A stretch of DNA of 64,000 bases from Hemiscyllium ocellatum (GCF_020745735.1 NC_083401.1:117301740-117365739), one strand, 5' to 3'. Counted from the first letter of the stretch, positions 38,618-51,823 are shown. Notes: a model not told the origin generated them from the letters alone. Numbers and translations: made by a program.

Positions 38618-39634
38618 TAGTATGGCCTGACAAAATAACAGTTTGACAAAATAACAGTTCTTCATCAATGTTGCTGTGCTATCTGACATGAGGTATACTC
38701 TGAATAGGCTAGGCAAGTCCTACTGATTATTTTAGTCCAAAATTTGAAAGATTTGTAGTTCTACATAATGCAAAAATGTTTGTTGCATAACCTTACATCA
38801 ACAAGTATAAAAATGTAAGTTCAATTGTTATGAAATGGAAGCACAGATTATTCAATAACTCAAGGGTTTTTCTTTTGCTAACCCCTCAAGAAAGTAAGCA
38901 GCTTACATGGGCTTTCAGAATGAGTAAGAACACGTAATGTAACTGAATGTCAACAGGTATTATAACTAAATGACACCTCTTTAACAATCAGATAAATATC
39001 AAGTGAAAAGTAGAGCATGCCCAGTACAAAATCCTAGTCAAGCCAAATTAGCTCTAATCACATATATTATTGCTGTATAAATAATTTTCCCATACTGGTG
39101 GTTGAAAAGCAAATAGTTAAAAATGTTGTGCATGCTGAAAACAAAATCACATCTCTTGTGCTGTGCGTCCAGGAATCCCTTTAAAAATATTTAATACACT
39201 TTGCTGGCCCACAACAGCACTGAAACAGAACCTGTGGCATGCAGCTCTTTAGATTATGAAATGTTGTTATTCATCATATCAAAAGAGCGCATCATGAATT
39301 TCATGATCAGTAATGACCCAATGATTGTACTCCATTTTCCAGAGATACTAATTCAAGCTGTTGTTCATTCCCGTTGAGCACTAAATATCATCAGTAAAAT
39401 CTAACTTGTTGCTAAATCTGTATTGTGACTCAAGGTCCAACACATGCATTTGACACAATTCATTTCTCACAATTCTTGATGTATTCTTTATTAATGTCAA
39501 CTTGGAAATGGATTGCACTGCACCCTATTTATGCTAAAAATGTGCTGCGTTCCATGTTAGACCAGACTGCCTGGTAGACATCTGCTAGCAGCAGGATATG
39601 CACCTGAAACTAATATTAGATATATAATTTATGT

Positions 39635-39950
39635 CAGGGGATGTGATGGCCCATTAATCCAGAGATCCAGATAATGTTTTGGGGACCTGGGTTCAAATCC
39701 CACCATGGGAGATGATGAAATTTGAATTCAATAAATATCTGGAATTAAAAATCTATGGCTACTATAAAAATCTATTCCCAATTGTCAGGAAAAAAACACC
39801 TGGTTCACTAACATCCTTTAGGGAAGGAAGTCTGCCATCCTTACCTGGTCTGGCCTAAATGTGACTCCAGACCCACAACAAAGTGGTTGACTCTCAATTA
39901 GTGATGGGCAACAAATGCTGTCTAGCCAGAGATGCCCTTATCTTGTTAAA
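39635..39950 (+). mobile_element. tRNA-derived SINE (related copies at about 2945-3065 and 51425-51780)
   Basis: GGTTCAAATCC B box; shared TAATCCAGAG...GAATTTGAATT...CCTTACCTGGTCTGGCCTA...GGGCAACAAATGCT blocks. Confidence 0.7.
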
Positions 39951-40734
39951 AACATTTTTTAAAAATTCTGGACTAATGCTTGTTTCAAGACTCTGAGAAT
40001 TTAGTATTTAAACAAACATAGTATACATCTTAAATGCCAAAGTAGAGTTTTCCAGGCATTCATCAGCTGTATCAATGGTTCTCAGAGAAACCTCAGCTGT
40101 CTGTTACTGAAAAGATAGGTTACTAATTTATCATTTTTTTTGTGGGACCAAATGTACAAACACCTTGCAGCTCCATATTCAAACTGCAGTGCATTGCTAG
40201 TTCCTCATTGTTCATTCCTGGTTGCTTCATGTAATGACTTTCCTAGGTTTCTCTGCAGCATCTGAGCCATTTGATTTTCTTGACCCCTTCTGTCTGTTAC
40301 CTCTGCTGTTTGCAATTCATTAGTGCAATGCTAATAAAGCCAGCAGATCAATTTTCTGTGGTCCTATTCTTGAGCCCATCCAGAACAGGCAGTGTGCACT
40401 ACACCAAAGCATACACCAGTTTGGTCATGATTAATACTAGGCCACAAAGTCTGAGAAGCAGACATTGTTAACTGAAGTGCTTGCAGTGAAAGTTTGTCTT
40501 TGAAAGTACAAAATGTGCTGTAGCTTGGTCACTTTCAGTCATTCATACCAAGCCCAATATCCTGATGACAGTTATCTTTGTGATGAAATGTGAGCAGCAA
40601 CCAAAGCAATGACCTGTGAAAGAATGTATCATGAGATTATTGAATAATAATATAGATCAGCATTTTTTTATTGATGCTATTTTATATTTGCAGCACATGC
40701 CGGCCTAAAAGTGATATGAATTATTTTATTCTAA

Positions 40735-41141
40735 GTGTTAGCTTGGATCAGTGATAGCATTTTTGCTTCTGGGTCAGATGATTGTTGGCTCACATCCTAC
40801 TCATGTGACATGATTAAATAATAGTTTGACACAAGTGCAGTCATAAGAGAATTGTTCCATTGGTGGAGGTGCCATCTTTAGATGAATTACCAGATTTAGG
40901 CCCTGTCTGCCGATCGCAGTGGACATAAACATTTTGGCCAACATTATCTGTCAGTCACCAAACCAGACTAACAAGTTATTTGTCACATTTCTCATTTGTG
41001 GGACTTTACTGTGTTTGAAAAGAAGGCTATTACAAAGCCAACATAACACAGTAGTCTTCAAAAGTCGTGAAATTTCTAAGTGCTTTGTGACATTTTGAGG
41101 AGATTAAGCTGTGATATAAACTCAACTTTCTTTTTCTTCTG
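40735..41141 (+). mobile_element. Deu-domain SINE (SacSINE1/AmnSINE1-like), decayed
   Basis: GGAGGTGCCATCTTTAGATGA...AGGCCCTGTCTGCC...GTGGACATAAA...TGGCCAACATT...TTTGTGGGAC: Deu-domain blocks as recalled from the consensus. Confidence 0.65.
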
Positions 41142-41343
41142 TTGAGAGTGCAGTGCTGGAAAAACCCAGCAGATCAGGCAGCATTCAAGGAGCAGGAGAA
41201 TCGCCATTTTGGGCATAAGCCTTTCATCAGGAACGATGCCCGAAATGTTGATTCTCCTGCTCCTTGAATGCTCCCTGACCTGCTGTGTTTTTCCAGCACC
41301 ACACTCTGATCTCTTGCATCTGCAATCCTCATTTTCTCCTAAA
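41142..41343. mobile_element. fold-back Penelope-derived mini-element with degenerate HHR (minus, about 41199-41234)
   Basis: Inverted arms; minus strand GUUC-CUGAUGA-A-AGGC-UUAU-GCCC-AAAA; TSD TTCTTTTTC(A)TTCTG. Confidence 0.85.
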
Positions 41344-42264
41344 TTCTTTTTCATTCTGACAAGTTATTGAAAGTATGGCAGAAATGTTGAATGTAAGCAA
41401 AACGTGCGTCTAACAAATTAAAACAGAACAAACACTAGTGCATTAATTTTCATAGGATATAATACTTACTCATCTGTGAAAAGTGTGGCTTTGCGAAGGA
41501 AGACTGCAGAATATTTTGTCCAAGGCTTCAGAAATTGGGGATTATCATAGCATAAGAAAATAAATCCAATTCTCAAAACTCCCATCTCAAGAAACATTAT
41601 CTAGGCACAGTCTTTAATGATTCAATTTTATTTGCAATTCAGCTACTGTTACAGAAGGATTGTGAAGAAGTTTTGTTGTGCCAGTAGGCAGTGTCCTTGC
41701 CTCGCAATGAGAAACTCTAGGTTTAAGTCCCACTCCAGAACCTGATAGCCAAGCAAGTTACATTCATACTGAGGCCAAAAAGGTCAGGTAACAACCTGTA
41801 AATTCTTCTAGCATATTCCAATAGCAGCCATTACAAGCAGGTGAAGGTTTTGGTCAGACATATGATAGAAGAAATTTAGAGTCACTACCATCAACATCCA
41901 TAGCTTTCACAGTTGCCAGACAATGGGTCTCATACTGACAATTTTCAACAACTCAACTGTGGTGTCAAATAAAGCTGTGCAGACACCCACGCCATTTCTG
42001 GTTAAGTCTAGGAGTATCCGTCGGTAGAACTAAAAACCATTCCCATCTCCCATGACTAAATATTTTGAAAACTCTCACTATTTCAACTGTAAAAATATTA
42101 TAGGATGAAATTAGAACCAGGGTGAAAAGACATATCGATAGAGAAGTAAATACCTGTAATAATCTAAGGTATTCATTCGACAATGTCATTTGTTTTACCA
42201 GTAACCTTAATGTCATTTTTAATTGGCATACGTTTGTAGCTATAATGCAGTAAATGACATTCAG

Positions 42265-43155
42265 ATAGGTGGTATCCTGGGTCATGAGGAAGGATTTTCA
42301 GAAATTGCAACAGAGTCTTGATCAGCTGGAGAAGTGGGCTGAGAAATGGCAAATAGATTTTAATACAGAAAAGTGAGAGGTTTTACATTTTAGAAAGTCA
42401 AATCAAGGCAGGAGTTTCATGGTGAATGGTTGAGCCTTAAGGAGTGTAATATAACATAGGGACCTTGGAGTTCTGATGCATAGTTCTCTGAGAGTGGAGT
42501 CACAGATAGATAGGAGAGTGAAAAATACTTTTGGCACATTGGCCTTCATCAGCCAGGGCATTGAATTTAGAAGTTGGGAAGTTATGTTACAGTTGTAGAG
42601 GATGTTGGTGAGGCCACACTTGGGGTATTGTGTTCAGTTTTGGTCACCTTGCTACAGAAAGTATGTTATTAAACTGGAAAGCATACAGAAGAAATTTACA
42701 AGGATGTTGCCAGGACTGAAGGTACTGAGTTATAGAGAGAGGTTGGACAAGCTAGGATTTTTTTTCTTTAAAGCAAGGAGAATAGAGCAAGGTGATACTT
42801 TAGATCATGAGAGGCATGAGTAGGGTGAATGCACTCAGTCTTTTTCCCAGGGTTGGGGAACAAAGGACTAAAGGGTGTCAGTTTAAGGTTAGAAGGGAAA
42901 GAATAAAGGAGACCTGAGGATCAATGTTTTTGCGCAGAGGGTGGTATGCACATGGAATGAGCTGAATGGAATTCTTTGAGGTGGGTACATTAACAATACT
43001 TATATAGTATTTGGACAAATCCACGGTTAGGAAAGGTTTAGAAGAAAATGGGCCAAGTGCAGGGAAATGGTGTCAGCGTGGACCAGTTTGGGCTGATGGA
43101 CGTTTTGGTTGGCATGGACCAGTTTACGTCCATGCTAAAGGACTCTATGACTCAA
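42265..43155 (+). mobile_element. CR1 3' RT fragment
   Basis: LVRPHLGYCVQFWSP...LESIQKKFTRMLPGL. Confidence 0.88.
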
Positions 43156-43164
43156 AGAAAACAG

Positions 43165-43475
43165 GGACCTGGGTTCTAGTCTAGTCCCAGGTGACTGCTT
43201 TAGTGGAGTTTGCACATTCTCCCCATGTTTGCGTGGGTTTCTGTCGGGTGCTCCGGTTTCTTCCCACAGACCAAAAATGAGCAATTTAGTTGGATTTGAC
43301 ATGCTAAATTATGCATAGTGTTCAGAGATTGTAGGTCAGAGGTGTTAGCCATGGGAAATCCAGGGTTACAGGGATAGGACAGGAGAATAGGTCTGGGTGG
43401 GATGCTCTGCGGAGTGTTGTTGTGGACTTGTTGGGTCGAATGGCCTCCTTCCACACTGTGGGGATTCTATTTAAA
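43165..43475 (+). mobile_element. HE1-like V-SINE
   Basis: V-domain GGAGTTTGCACATTCTCCCCATGTTTGCGTGGG; tail TCCACACTGTGGGGATTCTAT. Confidence 0.88.
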
Positions 43476-45595
43476 AAATCCCCTCTCACAGGAGCAGTGC
43501 TGTAAAATTTGCCAACATTTGTTACAAGGATAAACACAATTTTTAAAAGATTATAAATAATGATATTTCCCTTCACACTATTTTTAGAGGGAGGTATTAT
43601 GATGCAATGTAGTGCCCATATGTCTGGGTCAGAAGTTTTGACTTCATGAATCATTCTCATACTTGTTAATCATGGAAGCTGTGTTTGGAACATGGTCAAA
43701 CAGGTTGATTGTCAGCATGGGAATGATTCCTGGTCAGCTGTCCATCAAAAGGCAACAGTAAGCCACTGCAGTACTTTCTCTGTAAGTGTCTACTAATCCA
43801 ACAAACATCCAAATCCTGAATTGAACATGAGAATGGAAGAAAAGTCAATATTTTTAAACATTAAGAGTTGAACATTCATACCTCTTCTGATGTATTGCTA
43901 CGTAAAATCAGCAGTAGTTTGGAAAATGATTGTTAATTAGGCCAATTTCTATGATTTTTAAAGGAAGATGCACTCTCTGTAATTTGGTTGACCTTTGAAA
44001 AAGTGTTAATTAAGTGACGTCTCATGATACCAGCATTTTGACAGGATTTCTGCTGAGATCAGAGGTGGATATATTTTGGTACTAACTCCAAAGATCTGTA
44101 GATTTTGGGCCTGGACACATTCTGAAACTCTTGCTCCTTTTCACAATCATAATTAGCTATGATCAAGTCCAATTTAACCTCTCTACAATCACAATCACTA
44201 GTTATTTTGTTCCACGTATAGAAATGGAATGAAATGCTACCATCTGGTATATTAAAGAGTTTCTTCAGGTCAAGGGGGTGGCTATGGGTACCTGCATCAG
44301 CCCCAGTTTTACCTGTCTCTTTATGGGGTACATGGAACATTCCTTGTTCCAATCCTACTTTGGGCTCCAAACACAAGTCTTTCTTTGGTATATTGATTAC
44401 ATCATCATTCCTTCTTCTCCCTTTCATCTGGAATTAGAAAAATAGATTAATTTTTATTCTACTTTCCACCTTGCTCTCATGTTAACCTGGTCCACATCTG
44501 CCTCATCCCTTCTCTTCCTTGACATCACTGTTTCCATTTCTGTGAATAAACTGGCCACCAATATTCGCTATACAACCACTGACTCCCATAGTCACCTGGA
44601 CTATACATACACACACGCTGCTTCCTGAAAAGAGTCCATTTCATTTTCTAAATTTCTCCACCTTCATCACATCTGTTCCAATGATGCCAGTTTCGACAAG
44701 AGGGCCTTTGAAATATCTACCTTCTTCATAAACCGAGAAGTTTCTACCATTGTGGTTGACAGGGTCCTCAGATGTGTCTGACCCATCTCCTGCACTTCAC
44801 CCCTCACCTCTTCTCTTCCCTCCCACAACAGCGATAGGGTCCCCCTTGTCCTCACTTGTCAACCCACCAGCATCCATAAAAAAAGTATTGTTAGCTACCA
44901 TTTCCACTACCTCCAGCAGGAGACATACTCCTCTTCCCTCCTTTGCCAGCTTTCCACAGGGACTATTCCATCCAAGGCACCATGGTTCACTCCTCCTCCA
45001 TTCCCAACATCTCCTCACATCCCCGCAGCATCTTGACTTACAGTCGCAGAAGGTGTACCACCTATCCATTTACTTTCTCACTTGTCACCATTCAAGTCCT
45101 CAGACACACCGTCCATGTGAAGCAGCAATTTGCCTGTACCTCATTCAACTTTGTTGTATTTGTGGCTCACAATGTGTTCTCTAATTGAAGAGATGAAATG
45201 CAGACTGGGTGACTGCTTTGCAGAAGACCTACATTCTGTCCACAAAAATGACTGAGCTTCCTATTGCCTGCTGGTTCAACACACTATCATGTTCTCTGGC
45301 CAACATCTCTGTTATGGGCTTGCTGCAGTATTCCAGCATAGCTCAGCACAGGTTGGAAAAAAGGCATCTTATTTTCTGTTTGGGGACCATACAGCCTTCA
45401 GAACTCCATATTGGATTCAATCATTTTGGGACCTGAACATCCCCCCCCCCACCTCATCTCCTTACTCGGTCCCCACGCATTAGGTTTTGTCATCAGTGGG
45501 TTGGTGCTACCACAGCCAACCCATTGTCAGCTACTAATGGTCCCTATTAACAACTATTGATTCTCCAAAGTTGATCTTTACCCATTCCTTTGTCT

Positions 45596-45669
45596 TGATC
45601 TTCCTGCTTCACGGACGCTGTCTGACTGGCTGTGCTTTTCCAGCATCACTCTAATCTAGACCCCCCCTC
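45596..45669 (+). mobile_element. short PLE pLTR fragment
   Basis: 15-bp TSD CCCATTCCTTTGTCT (45581-45595 / 45670-45684). Confidence 0.75.
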
Positions 45670-45795
45670 CCCATTCCTTTGTCTGTCCAGCTGTTGTTCC
45701 CTCTCTCTGAATTCCATATCCACCAATCATTTATTCCTCATCCTTCCCCTCACCCCATTTTCAGCAATATAACAATCTTTTCCTAGCTACAGTAG

Positions 45796-47004
45796 CTGAA
45801 AATGTGTTGCTGGTTAAAGCACAGCAGGTTAGGCAGCATCCAAGGAACAGGAAATTCGATGTTTCGGGCCAGAGCCATTCATCAGGAATGAGGAGAGGGT
45901 GCCAGGCAGGCTAAGATAAAAGGTAGGGAGGAGGGACTTGGGGGAGGGGCGATGGAGATGTGATAGGTGGAAGGAGGTCAAGGTGAGGGTGATAGGCCAG
46001 AGTGGGGTGGGGGCGGAGAGGTCAGGAAGAGGATTGCAGGTTAGGAGGGCAGTGCTGAGTTCCAGGGAATCAACTGAGACAAGGTGGGGGGAGGGGAAAT
46101 GAGGAAACTGGAGAAATCTGAGTTCATCCCTTGTGGTTGGAGGGTTCCCAGGCGGAAGATGAGGCGCTCTTCCTCCAACTGTCGTGTTGTTATGTTCTGG
46201 CGATGGAGGAGTCCAAGGACCTGCATGTCTTCGGTGGAGTGGAAGGGAGAGTTAAAGTGTTGAGCCACGGGGTGGTTGGGTTGGTTGGTTCGGGCGTCCC
46301 AGAGGTGTTCCTTGAAGCGTTCTGCAAGTAGGCGGCCTGTCTCCCCAATATAGAGGAGGCCACGTCGGGTGCAGCGGATGCAATAGATGATGTGTGTGGA
46401 GGTGCAGGTGAATTTGTGGTGGATATGGAAGGATCCCTTGGGGCCTTGGAGAGAAGTAAGGGAGGAGGTGTGGGCGCAAGTTTTGCATTTCCTGCGGTTG
46501 CAGGGGAAGGTGCTGGGCGTGGAGGTTGAGTTGGTGGGGGGTGTGGACATGACGAGAGAGTCACAAAGGGAGTGGTCTATGCGGAACGCTGATAGGGGAG
46601 GGGAGGGAAATATATCCCTGGTGGTGGGGTCCGTTTGGAGTTGGCGGAAATGACGGCGGATGATACGCTGTATATGGAGGTTGGTGGGGTGGTAGGTGAG
46701 AACCAGTGGGGTTCTGTCTTGGTGGCGGTTGGAGGGGCGGGGCTCAAGGGCAGAGAAGCGGGAAGTGGAGGAGATGCGGTGGAGGGCATCGTCGATCACG
46801 TCTGGGGGGAATCTGCGGTCCTTGAAGAAGGAGGCCATCTGGGCTGTACGGTATTGGAACTGGTCCTCCTGGGAGCAGATGCGGCGGAGACGAAGGAATT
46901 GGGAATATGGGATGGAGTTTTTACAGGGGGCAGGGTGGGAGGAGGTGTACTCCAGGTAGCTGTGGGAGTCAGTCGGTTTATAGTAGATGTCTGTGTTGAG
47001 TCGG
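45796..47004 (-). mobile_element. young 5'-truncated Neptune-type PLE with an uninterrupted frame of about 320 aa (RT thumb, Cys linker, GIY-YIG)
   Basis: IYYKPTDSHSYLEYTSSHP...CNRRKCKTC...IIYCIRC...LYIGETGRLLAERFKEH; TSD TACAGTAG (45788-45795 / 47005-47012); CpG-rich. Confidence 0.93.
45854..45889 (-). ncRNA. minimal type I hammerhead motif in the PLE 3' pLTR
   Basis: AUUC-CUGAUGA-A-UGGC-UCUG-GCCC-GAAA-CA-UC-GAAU (one stem II mismatch; CG changed to CA in stem III). Confidence 0.8.
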
Positions 47005-47444
47005 TACAGTAGGTACAGTAGGTTCTGAAGAGAGGCCACTGGACTCAAAACATTATATCTCTGCTTTCTCCCCACAAATGCAGCCAGACTAGTTGAATCT
47101 TTCTAGTAATTTCTGATTTGGTTGCAAGTATTGGTTGCTTGTGATATGTTAAACATACAAAAGTAGCAGTGGGGCTCTTCTGGTACAGAGAGCCCTAATG
47201 CAATTTTTTTTAATAACGAACCTATCACAGGCAGCCAATACTAATAACTGGGATAATTGTGGTCCTTTGTTGAGAATGAGTAAAGAAGCAAAGTAGAAAA
47301 ATTTGAAACTGCAAAATGGTGAATGATTGAAGTAATTTTTGTTTTCATGGAAATTTACCTTTTGACAGTATTTTATAAACTTGAATACCTTCATCAGGTT
47401 CTCAAGAAGCCTACCCATTGGCATGCTATGTGGTACTTAAGCAA

Positions 47445-47642
47445 TGATGTGAAGATGCTGGTGTTGGACTAAGGTGGACAATGTTTAAAATCACACAAAA
47501 TCAGCTTATAGTCTAACAGGTTTATTTAGAATTACAAGCATTAGGTCCTATGATCTTTCCCCACTAGCTATCTGACAAAGGAGCAGTGCTCCAATAGCTT
47601 GAACTTCCAAATAAGCCTGTTGGACTATAACCTGATGTTGGA
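47445..47642. mobile_element. fold-back PLE-derived mini-element (third family), degenerate HHR
   Basis: Inverted arms TTATAGTCTAACAGG / CCTGTTGGACTATAA; CUGACAA-A-GGAGC-AGU-GCUCC; TSD TACTYAAGCAA (47434-47444 / 47643-47653). Confidence 0.7.
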
Positions 47643-47962
47643 TACTCAAGCAAGACACCATATCTAATATGAAATAATAGAGTTAATATGAGACAGTCAA
47701 ATAATGTTGTATATACCATTACAATCTGACTAATGGTATATTATGATTAGCATATTTAACTTATGCATAAGAATGATAATAATGTGAGGGAAAGGAAAAA
47801 TCATACCCCATTTTATGGCACTAGCTGCCATACTCGCAGAAATTTTTGAAATTCTAATTTTTTTAATACAAGAGTGCGGGTTAGTGAATAGATGACTGGG
47901 TGAAGTGGATGAATAGATAAGGTAGTTGAAAGGGTAGGTTTAAGGTAGATGAGTGATTAGTT

Positions 47963-48067
47963 CCTCTGTTCTGAGGAAGGGTCACTCAACCCAAAACATG
48001 AACAGAGATTTCTCTCCACAAATGCTGCCAGACCTGCTGAGCATTTTCAGCAATTTACGTTTTTGTT
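47963..48067 (+). mobile_element. PLE-derived mini-element beginning with an HHR
   Basis: CUCUGUU-CUGAGGA-A-GGGUC-ACUC-AACCC-AAAA-CA-UG-AACAGAG (7-bp stem I); TSD TGAGTGAKTAGTT (47950-47962 / 48068-48080). Confidence 0.8.
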
Positions 48068-50044
48068 TGAGTGAGTAGTTATATTAATTTGAAGGGTTTG
48101 TTGGGTTGAATCAGAGTGGATAGTCAAATGATCAGGGTGGTTGGCAGGTAATCAAGTGCTCAGGGGAGGTCAGGTTAGTTGATAGTTGGATGTTCAACGG
48201 ATTAGTCAGATGTTGATGGTGTACTCGACTGGTTGGGATAGTCATATCGATTTTTGGTATTAGCTCGTTGGCATGTGGGGATGATTAAGGGGTCAGTTGT
48301 AAAGTTATCCAGCTATTTGACAGTGTTTTAACTGTCTAAAATTTCCAGGCTACATACACAGGTATGTCCCAGGCATTTAGCACATGCCTCTGCCCTTAGA
48401 ACTGTCTCAAATTGTCCCAAGTCGGAGGGAATCAGCTCATCGAAAGTTTAAATTTCCTGGTGCACATCAAGACGGTTGGAGTGACCTGACATGCATAAAA
48501 CATATCCCATCTCCAAAAATCTAGAAGTTTGAAAGATTTCAGCCACTGTATGTTTAATAGTACATATGACAAGTACATGGGAAGCTTCAAAAGAATACAG
48601 TGGAATATTTTCATAACATTTTCTTAAACACAGCTAACAGCCTTAAGTCTAAGAATATCTGTAAAAGAAAACTATGTGATCTAAACTTTGGTCAAGCAAC
48701 AAGTCTTACTGCCAATAATAAACAATTAAATTTTCCACTGCTGATGGCAAGGTTATATTTTACATACCTGAATATTCTGCTGGCATCTGGATGTCAGAAA
48801 AAAAGTGAGGGTACCAGCAGAAAGGCAGAGATAACTTCAAGGTGTGAGGAAAGTTAAATATTTTAAATTGTACTGTTAATGCAAAATCCCCCTATTCTTT
48901 CTGCCCCCATCACCAGCACCACCACCATCACCAAACTCCAATCACCACCAGAGTGCCATGCAATCGACGCTTGGAACCTGTCCTGCTGAATTCCTGCCTG
49001 TTAATAGAGGAGAGAGCTTCTACTGGTGACAAAAGCAATTTAATATGTATTTTCATTCTTGTGGATGTATGGATTGATACCACTAACCTATTCTCAATTA
49101 TCCTGTTCGAGCCAAATTGACAGTAAACTACAATCTCTAAACTAAGTTGTACTGAGAGAAAGCCTTTATTTGATGAACACTATTATAGACATTTAAAACA
49201 GCTGAAAATTCATAGTTAATTTGGTTCCCAGCAGAATATCCAACCCCAGACTACTGCAATATAAGTCATGTGATTTAATGTTTAGAAGAGTGACAATGGA
49301 CAGACAGCTGCGGGAACTGGCAAAGAAGCAAATGATGTGGACTTGTGGTGTCTGTAGTGAACCTTGTTATGACGACTGATTGACTGATATAATATTAGTG
49401 CAGTCATGTCATCCAGTCATGGGAACCTGCTACACTTTGAATGACTATTTTCGGGCAATATGAAATGGTACGAAGTTAAATAAGGTCTGTGTTCATTTTT
49501 AGATTGTACGTGACTTTTTTTTGTTTAAGAAGAGAACAGCTTGAGTCCAGTTTAATCAAAGTGACATCATTGATGCAGTGATGCATTTCATTATGATTTG
49601 CATCTGTAGGTGGAATCTTCAGCTCTTCCCTCTAGTGAGTTCTATGGCAGGGGGAGATTTAATGAGCTGGGATCCCACTGCGTTCCTGTTTCCATCCTGA
49701 TCAAGTCTAGGGTAAGAAAGCATTGGACCACTTTCCACCCTGCCAACAATTGAATCCCTTAAGTGGACAATTAATGCTCAATTAATTATCATCCTTCTGT
49801 TCCTGATACTAACCCACTGGCAAGTGGGGAATTTGCCACATAGGGAGCATGGCAAGCAAATTCTATTGTTTGCTTATGGATTAGTGGTGATTATGTAACC
49901 TTGTTCAAAAGCACTAGGTGCCTGAATAAGGGACCCAGTATTTGGAAAAGAACACCTGCAAGTTATTATTGATCCCCTTCCACCTCTCTTTGCCTCAGCC
50001 CACTTTCTGCCTGGGTAACTGTTTAATCCGAGGCCTCAGATGGG

Positions 50045-50255
50045 GATAAGGTAAACCTAGAGTTAGCCATAGTAGTATTAGGTTATAGGGCCACCTTCTC
50101 ATTAAAGAGAGATGACTGGTGGTAGTTTTAAATTCAGATGAGGGAGGGGTTGAAAAGGGTTTGTGATGGTAATTTCAGCTGGTTTGGGAATTGAACCCAA
50201 CCTGTTGGCATCATTTTGTGTCACAAACCAGCTATCCAGCCAACTGAGCGAACTG
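50045..50255 (-). mobile_element. tRNA-head SINE, decayed
   Basis: Minus strand TCGCTCAGTTGG (A box)...GGTTCAATTCC (B box). Confidence 0.6.
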
Positions 50256-50727
50256 AAAATTGTCCCCCTTTTAGTGTTCTGTCCGCTAAAGAATCTGATA
50301 CGTTTTCAAGAGTTTTCATTGCGTATATATTGATCGCCAAGTCATCAGTGCCTGATCAAAGGAATGAATGGGGTGTCAATAGCACTATGAGCATGCCAAG
50401 TTACTATACTGTAACAGCTGCAGCTCATGATGAAGCTTAAAGAAATTTTTCTGGAGAAACTCAGCAGATCTGCTGCAAGACTGCTTTCATTTCAGATTTC
50501 CAGCATCTGTAGTTCTTTGTTTTATTTTAGTGTGTAGCACATGATAAAGGTTGCTGCCCGCCCCCCCCACCACCAACCTTTTTAAAGTGTAGGACATTTT
50601 GAGTTCTGTTTCATATGGTTGAAGAAAACCACTTCCTGGTCTAGCAAGAAGTTAGAAAAATGTAGTTTATTGTATTTTAGCAATGAATTAGAGGTCACAT
50701 TGATAAGATTGACATTGTACAGAGACT

Positions 50728-50895
50728 AGGCAAAAGTGAGGACTGCAGGTGCTGGAAATCATAGTCTAGATTAGAGTAGTGCTGGAAAAGCAAGCAGTGT
50801 TTCATCAGGATGAAGGGCTTTTGCCCGAAACGTTGATTTTTCTGCTCCTCGGATGCTGCCTGACCTGCTGTGCTTTCCAGCAGCACTCTAATCTA
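50728..50895. mobile_element. fold-back PLE-derived mini-element, HHR core truncated at the inversion point
   Basis: Exact 17-bp TSD GACATTGTACAGAGACT (50711-50727 / 50896-50912); GAUGA-A-GGGC-UUUU-GCCC-GAAA-CG-UU. Confidence 0.9.
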
Positions 50896-51823
50896 GACAT
50901 TGTACAGAGACTCTCAGGAGGAAACTTATTCTATTAGTATCCTGTCTGTCCAGAATTCCGTCAGACATCATAACTTTCTGTAGCACTTATGGCACTCCTT
51001 GATATTAACCCTTTCAGACAAATATACAAATACTCTTCCTCTCAAGCTTATTTTCTCCATATTAATATTAAACATTTATATAAATAATTACATTTACAAC
51101 CGACCTATATCCTCTCAAGTCTCTAACTTTATAAATTCAGGTGATTTGAAGGGTTCGCTATTCTCGCAGATCACATTCTAGACAGACTTTGAAGACTGGT
51201 AGTTTGCTGGGAACTGACCATTGCTTTTGTTTTTCTTCCTAACAGTCTGAGATCTGTAGGTCCCTTTTAACTGTGAAACCTTTAATCTCTTGGATTTCCC
51301 TCACAAAGGACATCTTTCCTGCTGAAACAAATAGTTCTCGTTTGGATCATTTAGAAGATTTATAATTGTTTGGATTTCCTTCATAGAAAATGGTTTCCCT
51401 GTTGAAACAGAAAGTTTTCCTGAAATTGTAATCCAGAGGTTCAGGTTAATGCTATCTAGACATGTGTGAAAACCTCATCATGGCAGCTAGTGGAATTTGA
51501 ATTAAATCAATAAATCTGAAATTGTTAGCCAGTCTTTAGAAGTGGTGATCTTGAAACTGTCATTTATTGCTATGAAGAAAATTGTTCCCCAATGTACTTT
51601 GGGGAAGGAAATCTATCTTCCTTACTTGATCTGGCCTACTTGCATCTCCAAACCCACAACAATGTATCGGGCACTTTACTGCATTCTGCAATAGCCTAGC
51701 AGGTTATTCTGTTGAAGGGCAGTCGGGTTGTGGGCAACAAATGCTCCTATTGCCATCAATGTTCGACACCTCATGAAACAATAAAATAATTCTTCTCTGC
51801 AGTATCTTAAATTTCCAAAACTG

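Larger units (their letters stand above)
44215..47130 (+). mobile_element. older Neptune-type PLE (RT, GIY-YIG, pLTR) hosting two nested insertions
   Basis: LQVKGVAMGTCISPSFTCLFMGYME...WYIDY (RT); IFCLGTIQPSELHIGF (end); degenerate HHR at 47025-47054 beyond the nested copy. Confidence 0.82.

Noticed and set aside
46041-47075. 344-aa ORF as a host gene
   Set aside because: It is a 5'-truncated Neptune PLE frame; the first 24 or so residues come from flanking DNA beyond the TSD, and the start is non-ATG
51290-51420. CRISPR-like or functional repeat array
   Set aside because: Only two diverged units of about 80 bp in a vertebrate context; a simple old tandem duplication (likewise 38628-38659)
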